A DNA stretch of 64,000 nucleotides. Origin: Octopus vulgaris. Lineage: Eukaryota. Positions 26,785 to 40,489 of the stretch are shown one piece after another (the first letter of the stretch is position 1; every line of letters begins with the position of its first letter). Location of the stretch: positions 3,100,001 through 3,164,000 of the forward strand of contig CATOCA020000001.1 in the NCBI GenBank assembly GCA_951406725.2, read 5' to 3'. Both the position numbers and the translations under genes were made by a program. The notes under the pieces are model-generated. The model had not been told where the DNA came from, made no database searches, and worked only from the letters and a program-made list of their open reading frames with translations.

Positions 26785-27860
26785 CAGGTGCTGGTGGGTG
26801 ATGTGGGCTGGTCACTGAATCATGATTTATCCGCCCGCCTTCAAAATCTCTGCAGTGATAGTGTAGATTCCAAGGGTTTTGCTGTTGTTGAGCTTCTTTG
26901 GGGTGGCCCTGACCACGTCGGGGTGATAGGACACAACCTGTAAGTAATGTGGTTGCGGATGAGACTATAGCGACGGTTAGGCTGCGATGGATGGGAACAG
27001 TTGGGTGATGAAGAAGAAGGCTAAAGTTCTCCTTCCAGCGTTTGAAGCAGGTGGTTTCCTTGACTACGGCGTTGTCATTGGTATCCTTCACCTGTGCTGT
27101 CTTGAACTGGAGACAAGCACACGCTCTTTGGAGCATGTTCAACACCTGGTGTATGTCGTCGCTCATTGATGCTGCCTCCAGACGTTCGGTTTCTTCTGCC
27201 CAGAATTTCCCTCTTTTATCTGGGATGGGCATTGCTGCATTTCGGGTCGATCCTGCTGTACTCATTCATGTCGCCACGCATTCGGGCCTCCCGGTGGTAA
27301 TTGATTACCTTCAAGATCCTTCGGAAGAAGTATTGTGTTTACTAGGAAATAATGTGCAGACTGGTTGACATTTGATTTGAAGATCTCTCAGTTGACAGTC
27401 TCATTGTCAGCCAGGGTAATGAAGCGATTGATCAAAGAACCCGCGAATATTGAGGCACGATGTTAGGATCATGCAGACAGGAGGAATCATGGCGGGGATG
27501 GTTCTTGGTGACGAGATTCACTTGCAACTTAAATATGAGTGTCCCAACCAGTAATAGAAGGTTCTCAAGCTTGTCGACGCGCCTCCCAAGATCACCACCC
27601 TGTTCCAACAGGTGTATAGCAGTACCGAGTGCTGCATCCGGGTGAACGGCAAGGATTCTAACTGGCTCTCCATTAACAGGGGATCAAAAAGATTGAAAGG
27701 CCACCCTTGATCTTTTCAACTGTGTCATCGATTGTCTGATGGCCAAGGTCTGTAAGAAAGTATCTGGTGGTGCCTTCGAGACTTAACCATTTTACCAACC
27801 TGGCGTATACGAACAACACTACTCTATTGAGCAAATTGATCGACCCGGTCGGGGATGCAC
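26785..27860 (-). mobile_element. RTE-like LINE remnant
   Basis: Degenerate KRWKENFSLLL and LNNSKTLG..ITAEIL fragments typical of the EN-RT linker. Confidence 0.5.
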
Positions 27861-28225
27861 TGACCATACACAACTTATAAGGCTTTGGTCAGCTCACGGC
27901 TATAACAGAAGATAATTGCTTCTTGCCACAGTTACTCTTGTGCCTACGAACGTGTGTAATATGTGTGTGTATATGTGTGTGTGTGTTTGTGTCAGTATCT
28001 CTTTCTATATAAAGGAATAAGATACAGGTCTGTAAGCGTCAAGCAGTGTGTGGCAGGTTTTTGTAGAACAAAAGAGGACAGTGTACATTAAGAAACAGTA
28101 ACAATGTGTTGGCATCGAGATTTGTACACTTTTTTCCCAAATCAATTTTCCAAGGAAATTTCGATAAACTGACGGCTTCTATCGCAACCAGAGCTGTAAC
28201 AAACATGAATAAAAACCCAGGTTGG

Positions 28226-28344
<119 letters not shown>

Positions 28345-28504
28345 TGCGTGTGTGTGTGATAAGAAGCTTGCTTAGCAACCAAATGGATCTGGGTTCCACT
28401 ACGTGGCACCTTCGGCAAGTGTTTTCTACTATAGTCTCGGGCCAACCAAAGCCTTGTGACTGGATTTGGTAGACGAAAACTGAAAGAAGTCCGCCATATT
28501 TATT

Positions 28505-28545
<41 letters not shown>

Positions 28546-28797
28546 TTGTGTGTGTGTGTGTAGTATGTGTGTGTAAGTGTGCGTTAGTGTTTGTGTATCT
28601 GTGTTTATCCCCCTGCCAATATCGCTTGACAACCGATGCTGGTGTGTTTACATCTCCCTAATTTAGCGGTTCGGGAAAGAGACAGAGAATAAGTAATAGG
28701 TTTACAAAGAATATATCGTGGGGTCGATTTGCTCGCCTAATAGTTGTGCTCCTGCATGGCCGCAGTCAAATGACTGAAACAAGTAAAAGAACACAAG
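28345..28797 (+). mobile_element. tRNA-derived SINE
   Basis: Same family as 7588, lacking the first ~15 nt. Confidence 0.8.
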
Positions 28798-30224
28798 AAT
28801 ACATTTGACAGTTTTCACAAAAGGAAAATAAAACTCCTTATCACATCCAAAAAAAAGCATTTTAAAAATTCAAAACCTGTCAAAACTAGGTTTTGGCTGA
28901 GAGATAAAGGTTTACTGAAATTATCTGCCCTTCACTTCCACCACAGCCTCAATACATCTTCAAAGCCTGGCATATGCGTTCCTCACTGTGTCCTTGGGGA
29001 GATTTTCGAATCCCTCTTTGATCTTGGTCATCAGCTTGGACTTAGGGCTGGGGAAGTCGTAGAAAATCTCCAACAATCACGTCTGGTTCCTTCCAGTGGT
29101 ATGACGAAGAGATGAATCTTGCTGCCACACATATGACCTTCCAATGGCAATCCTCTCCAGCCAGAGTTTGATCCCAGTCTATAGCAGTTTCACAAATCTG
29201 TCTGTGTAGAGCGTAACTCACTGCCTGCTCAACGATGTGGCAATGAATTGTGGTGTGGTGCAGACACAATCAGAACTCCTACTATGTCCCTTCCCAGTAG
29301 CTACAGATTCGCAGTCTCATGCGTGTATCACATCTCACAGCCTTTACAGTATTCACAGAGCATTGAGCATCAGTCTTGATGTTGGCATTTTGATATCCAC
29401 CAAAAATTACAATGATACAGGAAACTCTTTTCAAATATTCAGAAATTTAATCTCCATGGTCTCCAACGCTGTTGACTGTTCACTGATGCATGTAGCTCTG
29501 GAGGAAAAGAAGTAGACTAAACAAATCACCAAATTTGTGTATTTATAATATATACAAGCGCTCACCCGACCTTTGACCCAGTGTGTACTCTACACAAATG
29601 TATTCATAAAACATCTATCGTAATGCTTATGTATTAAGATCTTAGTTAAAGGTTACTAGTCGCTCCTCTCCAAAAGATAAAGTTCTAAATTCCAACCTGA
29701 CTTGTCGTTACTTTGATGTTTCCTGTTCTCTGGAGCAGGCATTTCTATCTGCGTTACTTTGAAGTAGTTCTGTTAACATATATTCTGTTAAGCTGGCTTT
29801 TCTAATGGCTTGAGACTCGAACCTCTGTCGTTTCTTCTCTTGGGAAAGGAAGGGCATTGCAAGAATCAAACCCACGATCTAGCTCTTGTGAGGGTAACAC
29901 CCGAATCACTATGCCATACAGCTACTCACACATGCACACGAGTATGCACATAAATAGACTTATATATGTACGTTTATGCATATAAAGCAATAATTTTACA
30001 CCTTTTCTCCATACTAGCATGGGTTGTACGACTATATTATTGATCCATTCTTTTTGCATCTGGATCCCCTTTATGTTATTAACCCTTACCTGTTGTTCAA
30101 GGGATCACTTATTCCAATGGTTTGTCTATTAGCAGGGACAATGATAATCTAATCGTTCATAGCTGAGCAATTTTCAGTAAAAGCAATTGGAAGCATACAC
30201 ACACACACACACACACACACACGT

Positions 30225-30255
<31 letters not shown>

Positions 30256-30596
30256 CATATATGCACACGCACACACACACATACACACACACACAAACAC
30301 TTCATTTTGACAGTTTTTTCACTGGTCCTCAGATTATGTCCAGCGTTGTGCGATGGGCTTCTCTCAGATTATCTCTATTTAATCCACTCAGAAGACTTGA
30401 TCAACCATGGGATTTAGAAGAAGGTACTTGCCCAAGGTGTCATACAGTGGGACAAAACTGGTGGTTGGCGTTTGGAAGGGCATCCAGCAGTAAAATCCCT
30501 TTCCTAAATAGACAATAGCCCAGGGTAGTTTTTTTCTACCTGGACGGCTCCTGTCGTCCATCTTACTCTTGAATGCATGGAAGGTGAACAGTATGT

Positions 30597-30824
30597 GGTG
30601 AGCTGGCAGAAACGTTAGCACGCCGGGCGAAATGCTTAGCGGTATTTCGTCTGAGTTACGTTGTGAGTTCAAATTCCGCCGAGGTCGACTTTGCCTTTCA
30701 TCCTTTCGGGGTCGATAAATTAAGTACCAGTTACGCACTGGGGTAGATGTAATCGACTTAATACCTATGTCTGTCCTTGTTTGTCCCCTCTGTGTTTAGC
30801 CCCTTGTGGGTAATAAAGAAATAG
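30597..30824 (+). mobile_element. SINE of the second family (tRNA head + MetaSINE-like core)
   Basis: gagctggcagaaacgttagc A-box-like, gagttcaaattcc B box, gcctttcatcctttcggggtcgataaattaagtaccag core. Confidence 0.8.
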
Positions 30825-31389
30825 GTATGTGGTGATGATGATGATGATGATGATGTTAGTATATATATATATATATCCATAATGGAAATTTATTAAATAA
30901 TTATGAAATAGTCATGAAGATATTTGCAACAATCTATAAAGTAAGATCTTGTTGATAGTGTGTGTCGTAAGTAGATGAGATCAAATCAAAGATCAATACA
31001 GGAGGTTTTATTGAACAAACTCTGTTTCATTGATTCCTTTGCTAATTTTCATAAATTTACCTTTCTTTAGAGAATCAATTTGTTTTTTATATAATGTGTC
31101 CCCCACCCTAGCTGGGGTATGATCCACAGATTTATAGCTCAAGATGTAAGCAGAGGAATGTAGCTAACTTAAAGACACAACACAATGACTGTTGTTAGGT
31201 TTATTAGTGTCAAGAAGAACATTCAGCTATGAATAATAATTTAGATAAACTGAAGGTTACAATATCAATGTTATCTTTTGCAAGATTTTAGAACCATCAA
31301 CTTCTGTTTATTGTCGTTTAACTTATTTTATAAGTTTTTAAAAACTGATTTGCTTTCTTTCTTTTTTTGACTGATTTTATTCAAAAGAC

Positions 31390-31467
31390 ATGGAGGATAT
31401 CATACAGAAAATTGAGAATGATGACATTGAAGGGGTTAGAAATATAGTAAGAACGAATCCCACAATA
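31390..31467 (+). CDS. Ankyrin-repeat + RING E3 ligase-like gene (Mind bomb/MIB2-like C-terminal half), coding exon 1
   Basis: ATG at 31390 after a pyrimidine-rich acceptor (ttttattcaaaag|ac ATG). Encodes MEDIIQKIENDDIEGVRNIVRTNPTI. GTAAGT donor at 31468, phase 0, matching exon 2. Confidence 0.7.
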
Positions 31468-32024
31468 GTAAGTTGTTCTGTTTATTGCCTTCTCAAATTT
31501 GACTGTTTATTATTTTATACACAATATGAAATGTTTTATACACAATATGAAAAGTAGCCACATATATTTGTCCATGATATTTCATTTCTTTCTTCACCTC
31601 TTTTCTCTAATCCTCATCATCGACATTTTTATAAATATTTAACCAAACATTGAGACATGGCAGAATTGATGGAATGTGAGTGAGAAAGAAATCCATCAAA
31701 CACTGCAATGGGGTGTTCATGCAGGAAGTATTCAGTCCAAGAGATGAGAGACAGATGGAGCCGATAAATGGATGGTGACTTTATAAAGAAGTCCTCTTGC
31801 CATACAAAGTTGAAGGTTTTATTGGTGTCAAGGGCTACACCATTTTTTATAGAATTTGTTACACATATGAAAACACTGCTGTGTCACATAGGAATCAAAC
31901 CCCACTTTATAAAACTGTACTGGTGTTCATTGAATCCAGAAAGACACCTAAAGGGACAAAGGTGATTTTGTTTATGACGTTTTACTTTATTATTGAAACA
32001 TTGGAAGTTAGAATGACAGGATGG

Positions 32025-35000
32025 CAGAAAAAAGCCTGAGAGCGAGAAAGGAAGGAGAGAGAGAGAATGAAACGAGAGGAAGAAAGTGAGAAATGAAAGA
32101 GTGATAGAAAGGAATGAGAGAGAGAAAAAGAAATGAGAGGCAGAAGGAGAGAAATGAAAGAGTGAGAGAGAGAAAGAAGGATAAAAAGAAGGGAGAGAGA
32201 AGGAGAAAAAAGCTTTGAGCGCAAGAAAGGAAAGAGAGAGAGAAAAGGGAATGAGAGGAAGAAAGTGAGAAATGAAAGAGTGAGAGAGAGGAAGAATGAT
32301 AAAAAGTAAACGAGAGGGAGACAGAAGGAGAAAAAAGCCTGAGAATGAGAAAGGAAAGAGAGAGAGAAAGAAACGAGAGAAAAAAGAGAGAAATGAAAGA
32401 GTGAGAGAGAGGAAGAATGATAAAAGGAAAACGAGAGGGAGAAAGAAGGAGAAAAAAGCCTGAGAGCGAGAAAGGAAGGAGAGAGAGAAAGAAACGAGTG
32501 AAAAAAGAGAGAAATGAAAGAGTGAGAGAGAGGAAGAATGATAAAAGGAAAACGAGAGGGAGAAAGAAGGAGAAAAAAGCCTGAGAGCGAGAAAGGAAGG
32601 AGAGAGAGAAAGAAACGAGTGAAAAAAGAGAGAAATCAAAGAGTGAGAAAGAGGAGGAATGATAAAAGGAAAACGAGACGGAGAAAGAAGGAGAAAAAGG
32701 CCTGAGAGCGATAAAGGAAAGAGAGAGAGAAAGAAACCAGTGAAAAGAGAGAGAAATGAAAGACTGAGAGAGAGGAAGAATGATAAAAGGAAAACGGGAG
32801 GGAGAAAGAAGGAGAAAAAACACGAGAGCGAGAAAGGGAAGAGAGAGAAAAAGAAACGAGAGGAAGAAAGAGAGAAATGAAAGAGTGAGAGAGAGGAAGA
32901 ATGATAAAAAGAAAACGAGAGGGAGAAAGAAGGAGAAAAAGCGAGAGAGCAAGAAAGGAAAGAGAGAGATAAAAAGGAATGAGAGGAAGAAAGAGAGAAA
33001 TGAAAGAGTGAGAGAGAGGAAGAATGATAAAAGGAAAACGAGAGGGAGAAAGAAGGAGAAAAAAGCGAGAGAGCGACAAAAGAAGGTGAGAGAGAAAAAG
33101 AAATTAGAGGAAGAAAGAGAGGAATGAAAGAGTGAGAGAGAGGAAGAAGGATAAAAGGAAAACGAGAGGGAGAAAGAAGGAGAAAAAAGCGAGAGTGCGA
33201 GAAAGGAAGGAGAGAAAAGTGAGGGCGCGAGTAAAGAAAGAGAGAGAAAGAGAAACAAGAGAAAGAAAGAGAGAAATGAAAGAGTGAAAGAGGGGAAGAA
33301 TGATAAAAAGAAAACGAGAGGGAGTAAGAAGGAGAAAAAAGCCTGAGAGCGAGAAAGGAAGAAGAGAGAGAATGAAACGAGAGGAAGAAAGTTAGAAATG
33401 AAAGAGTGAAAGAGAGGAATTAGGATAAAAAGAAAACGAGAGGGAGAAAGAAGGAGAAAAAAGCGAGAGAGCAAGAAAGGAATGTGAGAGAGAAAAACAA
33501 ATGAGAGGAAGAAGGAAAGAAATGGAAGAGTGAGAGAGAGAAAGAAGGATAAAAAGAAAACGAGAGTGAGAAAGAAGGAGAAAAAAGCTAGAGAGCAATA
33601 AAGGAAAGAGTGAGAGAAAAGGGAATGAGAGGAAGAAAGAGAGAAATGAAAGTGTGAGAGAGAGGAAGAATGATAAAAGGAAAACGAGAGGGAGAAAGAA
33701 AGAGAAAAATGCGAGAGAGCGAAAAAAGAAGGAGAGAGAGAAAAAGAAATAAGTGGAAGAAAGAGAGGAATGAAAGAGTGAGAGAGAGGAAGAAGGATAA
33801 AAAGAAAACGAGAGGGTGAAAGAAGGAGAGAAAAATGAGAGACTGAGAAAAGTAAGAGAGAGAAAAAGAAACGAGGGAAAGAAAGAGAGAAATGAAAGTG
33901 TGATAGAGAGGAAGAAGGATAAAAAGAAAACGAGAGGGAGAAAGAAAGAGAAAAAAGCGAGAGAGCGAGAAAAGAAAGAGAGAGAAAAAGAAACAAGAGA
34001 AAGAAAGAGAGAAATGAAAGACTGAGAGAGAGGAAGAAGGATAAATGAAAACGCGAGTGAGAAAGAAGGATAAAAAACCCTGAGAGAGAGAAAGGGAAGA
34101 GAGAGAGAATGAAACGAGTGAAAAAAGAGAGAAATCAAAGAGTGAAAGAGAGGAAGAATGATAAAAAGAAAACGAGAGGGAGTAAGAAGGAGAAAAAAGC
34201 CTGAGAGCGAGAAAGGAAAGAGAGAGATAATGAAACGAGAGGAAGAAAGTGAGAAATGAAAGAGTGAAAGAGAGGAATAAGGATAAAAAGGAAACGAGAG
34301 GGAGAAAGAAGGGGAAAAAAGCGAGAGAGCAAGAAAGGAATGAGAGAGAGAAAAAGAAATGAGAGGAAGAAGGAGAGAAATGAAAGAGTGAGAGAGAGGA
34401 AGAATGATAAAAAGAAAACGAGTGGGAGAAAGAAGGAGAAAAAGCGAGAAATTGAGAAAAGAAGGAGAGAGAGAGAAAGAAACGAGAGAAAAAAAGAGAG
34501 AAATGAAAGATTGAGAGAGAGGAAGATTGATAAAATGAATACGAGAGGGAGAAATGAGAAAAAAGCGGGAGAGCGAAAAAAGAAGGAGAGAGAGAAAAAG
34601 AAATAAGAGGAAGAAAGAGAGAAATGAAAGGGTGAGAGTGAGGAAGAAGGATCAAAAGAAAACGAGAGGGAGAAAAAAGGAGAAAAAAGTGAGAGGGCGA
34701 GAAACGAAAGAGAGAGAGAAAAAATGAGAGGAAGAAAGAGAAGATAAAAAAGATTGAGTAAGAGAAAAAGACAATGAGGAAATGAGAGAGAAAGAGAGAA
34801 CAGAGAGCGAAAGAGAGGAAAGGAACAGATAGAGAGAGAGAGAGGAAAAGGAAATAGAGAGAGAAAGAGAGAAAAGGAAAAGATAAAGAGAGATAGGGAG
34901 AAGGAAAGCCAGAAAATAAAAAGAGAGAGAGATGAAGCAGAGTGGGAGAGAACGAGAATAGAAAAAGAGAAAGAAGGAGAGGAAGAGAGGAAGATGGAAG

Positions 35001-36516
35001 ATAAGAGAAGAAAAAGGTACTGAGAGAAATAAAGAGAGAAAATGGGAGAGAGAGAGAGAGAGAGGAAGAAAGATGAAAAACAAACACTGAAAGAGAGAGA
35101 AATGAGAAAGAGAGGGTTAAAAGAGACGTAAAAGGAATAAAGAGAATGAGAGAAAAGAAAGTGAGAAGGCAAGAGAGGAGAAAAAAGAAAAAAGTAAGTC
35201 CCTTAAAGGGAGAAAAGGAAAAGGGGGAAAGAAGAGAAAAAGGAAATGACAAAGAGACAGAAAGAAAGAGAGGGATAGGGAGGAAGAGAGAAAAGGAAAG
35301 TGGGAGAGCGAGAGAAAGAGAGAAGAGAAAAATTAGCAGAGAAAGGAGATAACAGAGAGAAAGAGGAAGAGAGGAAAGAAAGAGAGTGATAGAACGAAAG
35401 AGAAAAACGGAAGCAAGTAAGGGAGGGAGAAAGAAGAGAGAATAGAAAAAGAGAGAAAAGTAAAGCAGGAGAGAAAGGTAAAAGAGCGGGGTAAAAGGAG
35501 AGAAGCGAAAAAGAGAGGGGGAGAAAGAAGGAAGGAAAGGGGGGAAAAGAAAGTGAGAGATAAGAATAGGAGAGGAAGAGGAAGAAAAAAGAGACAGAGA
35601 GGGAAAGAGGGGAATATACGAAAGAAAAGAGAGTGGGAAATAGAGAGAGAGGTTAAAAGATAGAAAAGAGAGACAGACAGGGAAAGAGGGGAATATAGGA
35701 AAGAAATGAGAGTGGGAAATAGAGAGGGAGGAAGAAAGATAGAAGAGAGAGAGAGAGAGAGGAAGGAAAGGGAGAGAAAGAGAGAGCAAAAAGTAAGAGA
35801 CATGGAGAGAGAAAGATAGAAAATAAAATGTGAGAGAGTGAAAGAAGAAGAAAGGGAGAGGAAAGGGAGAGAGTGAGCAAAGGAAAAGAGAAAGGGCGTC
35901 AAAGAAAGAGACACAAGCAAAAGAGAAAAGGCAAAGAGAAGCAGAGAGAGAAAGAGAGAGATAGAGATAAAAGTAAAAGAGAAAGAGAGACGAAAATGAA
36001 AATGATTGGGTGAAAGAGAGAAAAGGAAAAGTGAAGGGGACAGAGAGAGAAAGAAAGAGAGAAAAGTAATAGAGAGAGAGATAAAGAAAGAGGAAGAAAA
36101 CGAGAGAAATAGAGAAAAGTGAAATAGAAAAAGAGAGAAAAGAATGGGGGAGAGAGAAATAGAGGGAAATGAGAGAGGGAGCAAGAAAGAGAGGGAAAAG
36201 AGAAAGAGAAAGAAAGTAAGAATAGAAAGAGAGAGAGAGAGGCGGAGAGAAAATGAGAGAAATTGAAAATAGAGATGAAGAAAGATAAGAGATAAAAGAA
36301 AAAGAGAAAGAGGAAGGAAATGAGAGAGAGAAAGAGAGGAACGGAAAAAGGGAAAAGAGAGAGAGAGTAAAAGAGACACGGAGAGAGAAAGAGAAAGAAA
36401 GATAGAAGAGAAAGGGGGAAAGAGAGAGAAAGTGAGAAAAGAAATAGAAGGAAAGAAATGAAAGAGGGAGATAGAGAAAGAAGGAGATAAAGAGGAAAGA
36501 AAACGAGAAAGAGAGT

Positions 36517-36547
<31 letters not shown>

Positions 36548-36552
36548 AGAGA
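32025..36552. repeat. 4.5-kb polypurine (GA-rich) tract; first ~2.7 kb is a ~121-bp minisatellite
   Basis: aaaaaagcctgagagcgagaaagg..aaatgaaagagtgagagagaggaagaatgataaaa recurs about every 121 bp (32335, 32456, 32577, 32697...). Confidence 0.95.
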
Positions 36553-36598
36553 AAATGGAATTTCTCTATTTCACATGTCCTCACTTTCTTCATTACAG

Positions 36599-36759
36599 AT
36601 TCACAAACGTTTTGGTAGATTTGGAAAAGCTCCTTTAATGTTGGCCTGTGAAGTGGGCGCCGATAGAAGAATAATCGAAATATTAATAGAAGCTGGAGGA
36701 GATGTGGGAGCAAAAGACTCCTTCTTTGGTCAGACAGCTTTACATTGGGCTGTGTATTG
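36599..36759 (+). CDS. ANK-RING gene exon 2 (ankyrin repeats)
   Basis: cattacag acceptor; IHKRFGRFGKAPLMLACEVGADRRIIEILIEAGGDVGAKDSFFGQTALHWAVY(W); GTAAGT donor, phase 2. Confidence 0.9.
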
Positions 36760-36949
36760 GTAAGTTGAGAATCAAGTAAAATCTGCAGATGTGTTTTTGT
36801 TTGTAAATTTGTTGTAATTGCAGACACAGGTTCAATATCCAAAGAGGCCATAGTAGTGGCAGTGGGACAGCAGCACAACAGCAGACTAGCAAACAACAAC
36901 AACAACAACAACAAGATTCTCTTTAGTCATCGATCCAATTCGTTAGTCA

Positions 36950-37080
36950 TTATTCAATCATAACAATCCCGATGATGATGATGATAACGGCGATGATGAT
37001 GACGATGACGGTATTGATGATGTCGATCGTGATGATGGTGTTGTTGATGATGATGATGATGATGATGGAGGCGATGATGG

Positions 37081-37115
<35 letters not shown>

Positions 37116-37206
37116 GTGATGGAGGCGATGATAATGATGATGAAGTCGATGATGATGCCGATGATGATGATGAGGATGATGAAGATGATGATGATGATGA
37201 TGATGT
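36950..37206. repeat. Degenerate (GAT)n microsatellite
   Basis: Direct observation. Confidence 0.9.
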
Positions 37207-37275
37207 TTCGTCTGAAAGCCAAAACAATTAGGTGTTTAATGTAAATTAGTCAATGTTTCTATCTTTTACTCTCAG

Positions 37276-37429
37276 GCGTCGTCTTGAAGCCGTGGAAGTC
37301 TTTCTATCTCGGGGAAGCGAGATAAACGGAAAGAGCGATGATGGCTGGACTCCTCTCCATTTGGCTGCAATGTCATATCCGGAATGGACAGATGGTGTGA
37401 AAGAATTAATGAAACACAGCGCTCTTGAG
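37276..37429 (+). CDS. ANK-RING gene exon 3
   Basis: actctcag acceptor; TG+G=Trp joins exon 2; RRLEAVEVFLSRGSEINGKSDDGWTPLHLAAMSYPEWTDGVKELMKHSALE; GTTAGT donor, phase 0. Confidence 0.9.
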
Positions 37430-37490
37430 GTTAGTGACTATATATATGTGTGTGTCTGTGTACTTATATATATGTATTTATACAAATATA

Positions 37491-37556
<66 letters not shown>

Positions 37557-38693
37557 AATAAGATATATGTTTCTCTTCATTCATATTATATTCCGAAATA
37601 ATCCTAATCTTCTCCGAAAGGTTTTTCTCGATACTTTCTTAACAATTTACCCACTTTTTGAAAATTTACGAGGAGACAAAAGATACTCGTGTGAATTTTT
37701 GCTGGACTCTTCTGTAGAAATGGTGTGTGTATATATGCGTGCCCGCCCGTGCGCGCGCGCCTACGCGTGTGTGCAGGCCATACACACACACTACATATAC
37801 ATATATATACACACACACACACATCACACACACACACCACACACACACACATATCTCACCCCCCACGGGCGGGCACGGGCGGGCACGCATATATACACAC
37901 ACCATCCTACCCCCAAAAATTCTTTAAACAACACACATCTATTTTCGCCACCCTGGAACCATTCAAAAACAGCCCCCACTCACACGCAGACGCTTGTATA
38001 CGTGTGTGTGCACGCACACAGGGACACGCACACTCACACCAGTCTCACCTCCATACAGGCACATATATACACACGCAGCACCATGTCTAATGCCATCCAC
38101 ACTCATGCATGCGTACACACGCACGCACACGCACACACACACGCGCACACACACGCACACCATGACAACCACACACACTTGACAAACAGACGCCATCTGA
38201 CCAAATACTACAGACACACAGACACATCTATTCACAACACCACATGTATGTGTATGCACGCACACATACACGCAGAGACACACATATTCACCTCATCCTA
38301 ACCCCAAAATCATTGATGCTTGAAGGAAAGCCAAAAAAAAAAAAACGGGTACATCTTTTTCAATTCTACATTTCTGCTAAAACGGACGGGTCAGTAAACA
38401 ACCTCGCCTTGAATTCATAATATTCTGTACTGACCCTGAGATGTATAATATATTTGTTTTAATCTTTTCTGCCCATTTTTTTCAAATATTCTCATCATAC
38501 TGTTGTATTTTTCATGTCCTTAACATGTCCCTGTTACCAAAGACTGTATATATACATGTAATGTGGCAATTATGTAAAAAAAAAATATTTTGAATTCATA
38601 ATATTCTATGTTACTTTTGACAATCTTTTTCCAAAGAGTGAAACCGGTTAAGTAAATAAACATCTTTTAAATTGCATTTTTAAACCTTCTTTC

Positions 38694-38752
<59 letters not shown>

Positions 38753-39185
38753 CACAGGTGTGGCTGTGTGGTTAGTAGGTTGCTTACAAACCACATGGTT
38801 CCATAAGAAATCGGCTTCTCGATTTTTTCCACTCATCGATTGTTTTATTTTATGTAACCCCACTTTGCCCATGGGTTGAGAACCCTTCCAGCAAGGAAAG
38901 TAGAATGCCCAAAAGGGCTCCTGATCCTCTGTGTGAAAAGCGGTTATGTTCAGATCACAACTAATTTTATATATATGGGCAAAACACACACACACAAACA
39001 TATACGTACATACACCTATTGTATACATGTTTCTGCACGCCTTTGCCCCTGCCACTGTCCCACCACCACCTCCTACCCTAGTAATACCATCAATTGAGGC
39101 AAATTTGGCACCCGGAAGTAAGTTTTGTAACAGGAAGAGAGAGGCCTACCTTCTCCTGCAGAGATGTGAAAGTCATACCTATCCT

Positions 39186-39414
39186 GGTCAAACTAAAGTG
39201 TTTGACCCGGTCATAAAACAAACAAAAAAATTGTGTAATAGGTGTAAAACAAATTCCTCTAAACGAATATGACCAAAAAATGTGCGCTCGCGAAAGGGAG
39301 TGGGGGAGAGGCCTCGGAAAATTCACATCGTGAATGTTACGTGTCTGATCCGGGCACAAAAACAAAAAAATAGTGTAATAGGTGTAAAACAAGTTGTTCT
39401 AAACGATTATCAAG

Positions 39415-39447
<33 letters not shown>

Positions 39448-39625
39448 CACAACTGAATTTAAATAAGCAAGAAAGATATTATCAAAGAAAAGACCATAGG
39501 CCTCTCCTCCCACCCTCCTTTCGCGAGCGCACATTTTTTTGGTCATATTCGTTTAGAGGAAGTTGTTTTACACATATTATTTTTTTGTTTGGTTTTCTGA
39601 CCAGGTCAAACGCTTTAGGTTGACC
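39186..39625. mobile_element. MITE-like element with ~125-bp inverted arms
   Basis: 39186-39314 is the reverse complement of 39498-39625 (..cctctaaacgaatatgaccaaaaaatgtgcgctcgcgaaagg..). Confidence 0.75.
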
Positions 39626-39734
39626 CCTCTCCTTTCGAAAACATGAACAGTTTCGGAACATTGTTTACAAAATAATAGCTGATCGTTTGCGAAGGAGCGT
39701 GTCTACAGTCAACACGTAGGTCTTTTGCTCTGGT

Positions 39735-39850
39735 AACCTCTGCTCTCTCCCATGTTCACGCACGACCAGCTATATATCGCTATGATTAGAACAACGGATT
39801 CAGCTAATTTGGAAATTAGTTGTGGAGAAACGGAGAATATCGTATATGTT
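39735..39850 (+). mobile_element. Helitron helicase C-terminal fragment
   Basis: PMFTHDQLYIAMIRTT...TENIVY matches the FxHGQLYVAxSR...TxNIVY terminus of Helitron PIF1 helicases. Confidence 0.6.
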
Positions 39851-40326
39851 GCTCGTATATATATATACGCACAACATACACACACACAAACATTGCATTT
39901 TTGTGTCTTTTACGCATACATGCTCGCGTGTGTGTATGCGTGACTGAAGCCATTCACACATACAAACATACATAACAACACCTGTCTGTCTGTTATTGCC
40001 AGTAAAAAGACGAAATTATGAAAATCTCTCTCTCTCTATCTCTCTCCATCTCCCTCCCTCTCTTTACACCGTGGCTAGGAGGGGACTTAATTAATGTTTG
40101 CTTTGTAAACAATGGTAGCTTTGGCCATCTTAAAAATTTAGAAGTTATGGCTCCAAATTATTTACCGCTATTAGCGGATATCTCGGGGGAAATTTGACGA
40201 AAATACTGCTGGGGTCGTGACGAATGACCCCCTAAAATTTGAGCGTGCTAATTTGTAGATGTGCATATATTGCAAAAACATATGCACACACACACACACA
40301 TCTTGCCTTATATATATGCAGATATA

Positions 40327-40390
<64 letters not shown>

Positions 40391-40393
40391 TGT

Positions 40394-40459
<66 letters not shown>

Positions 40460-40489
40460 CATATATATATATATAAATGTCCATATATA

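Noticed and set aside
31884-36914. Long minus-strand ORFs (662 aa, 1108 aa and others) rich in S/L/F
   Set aside because: Artefact of the polypyrimidine strand lacking stop codons; open in several frames with no domain motifs.
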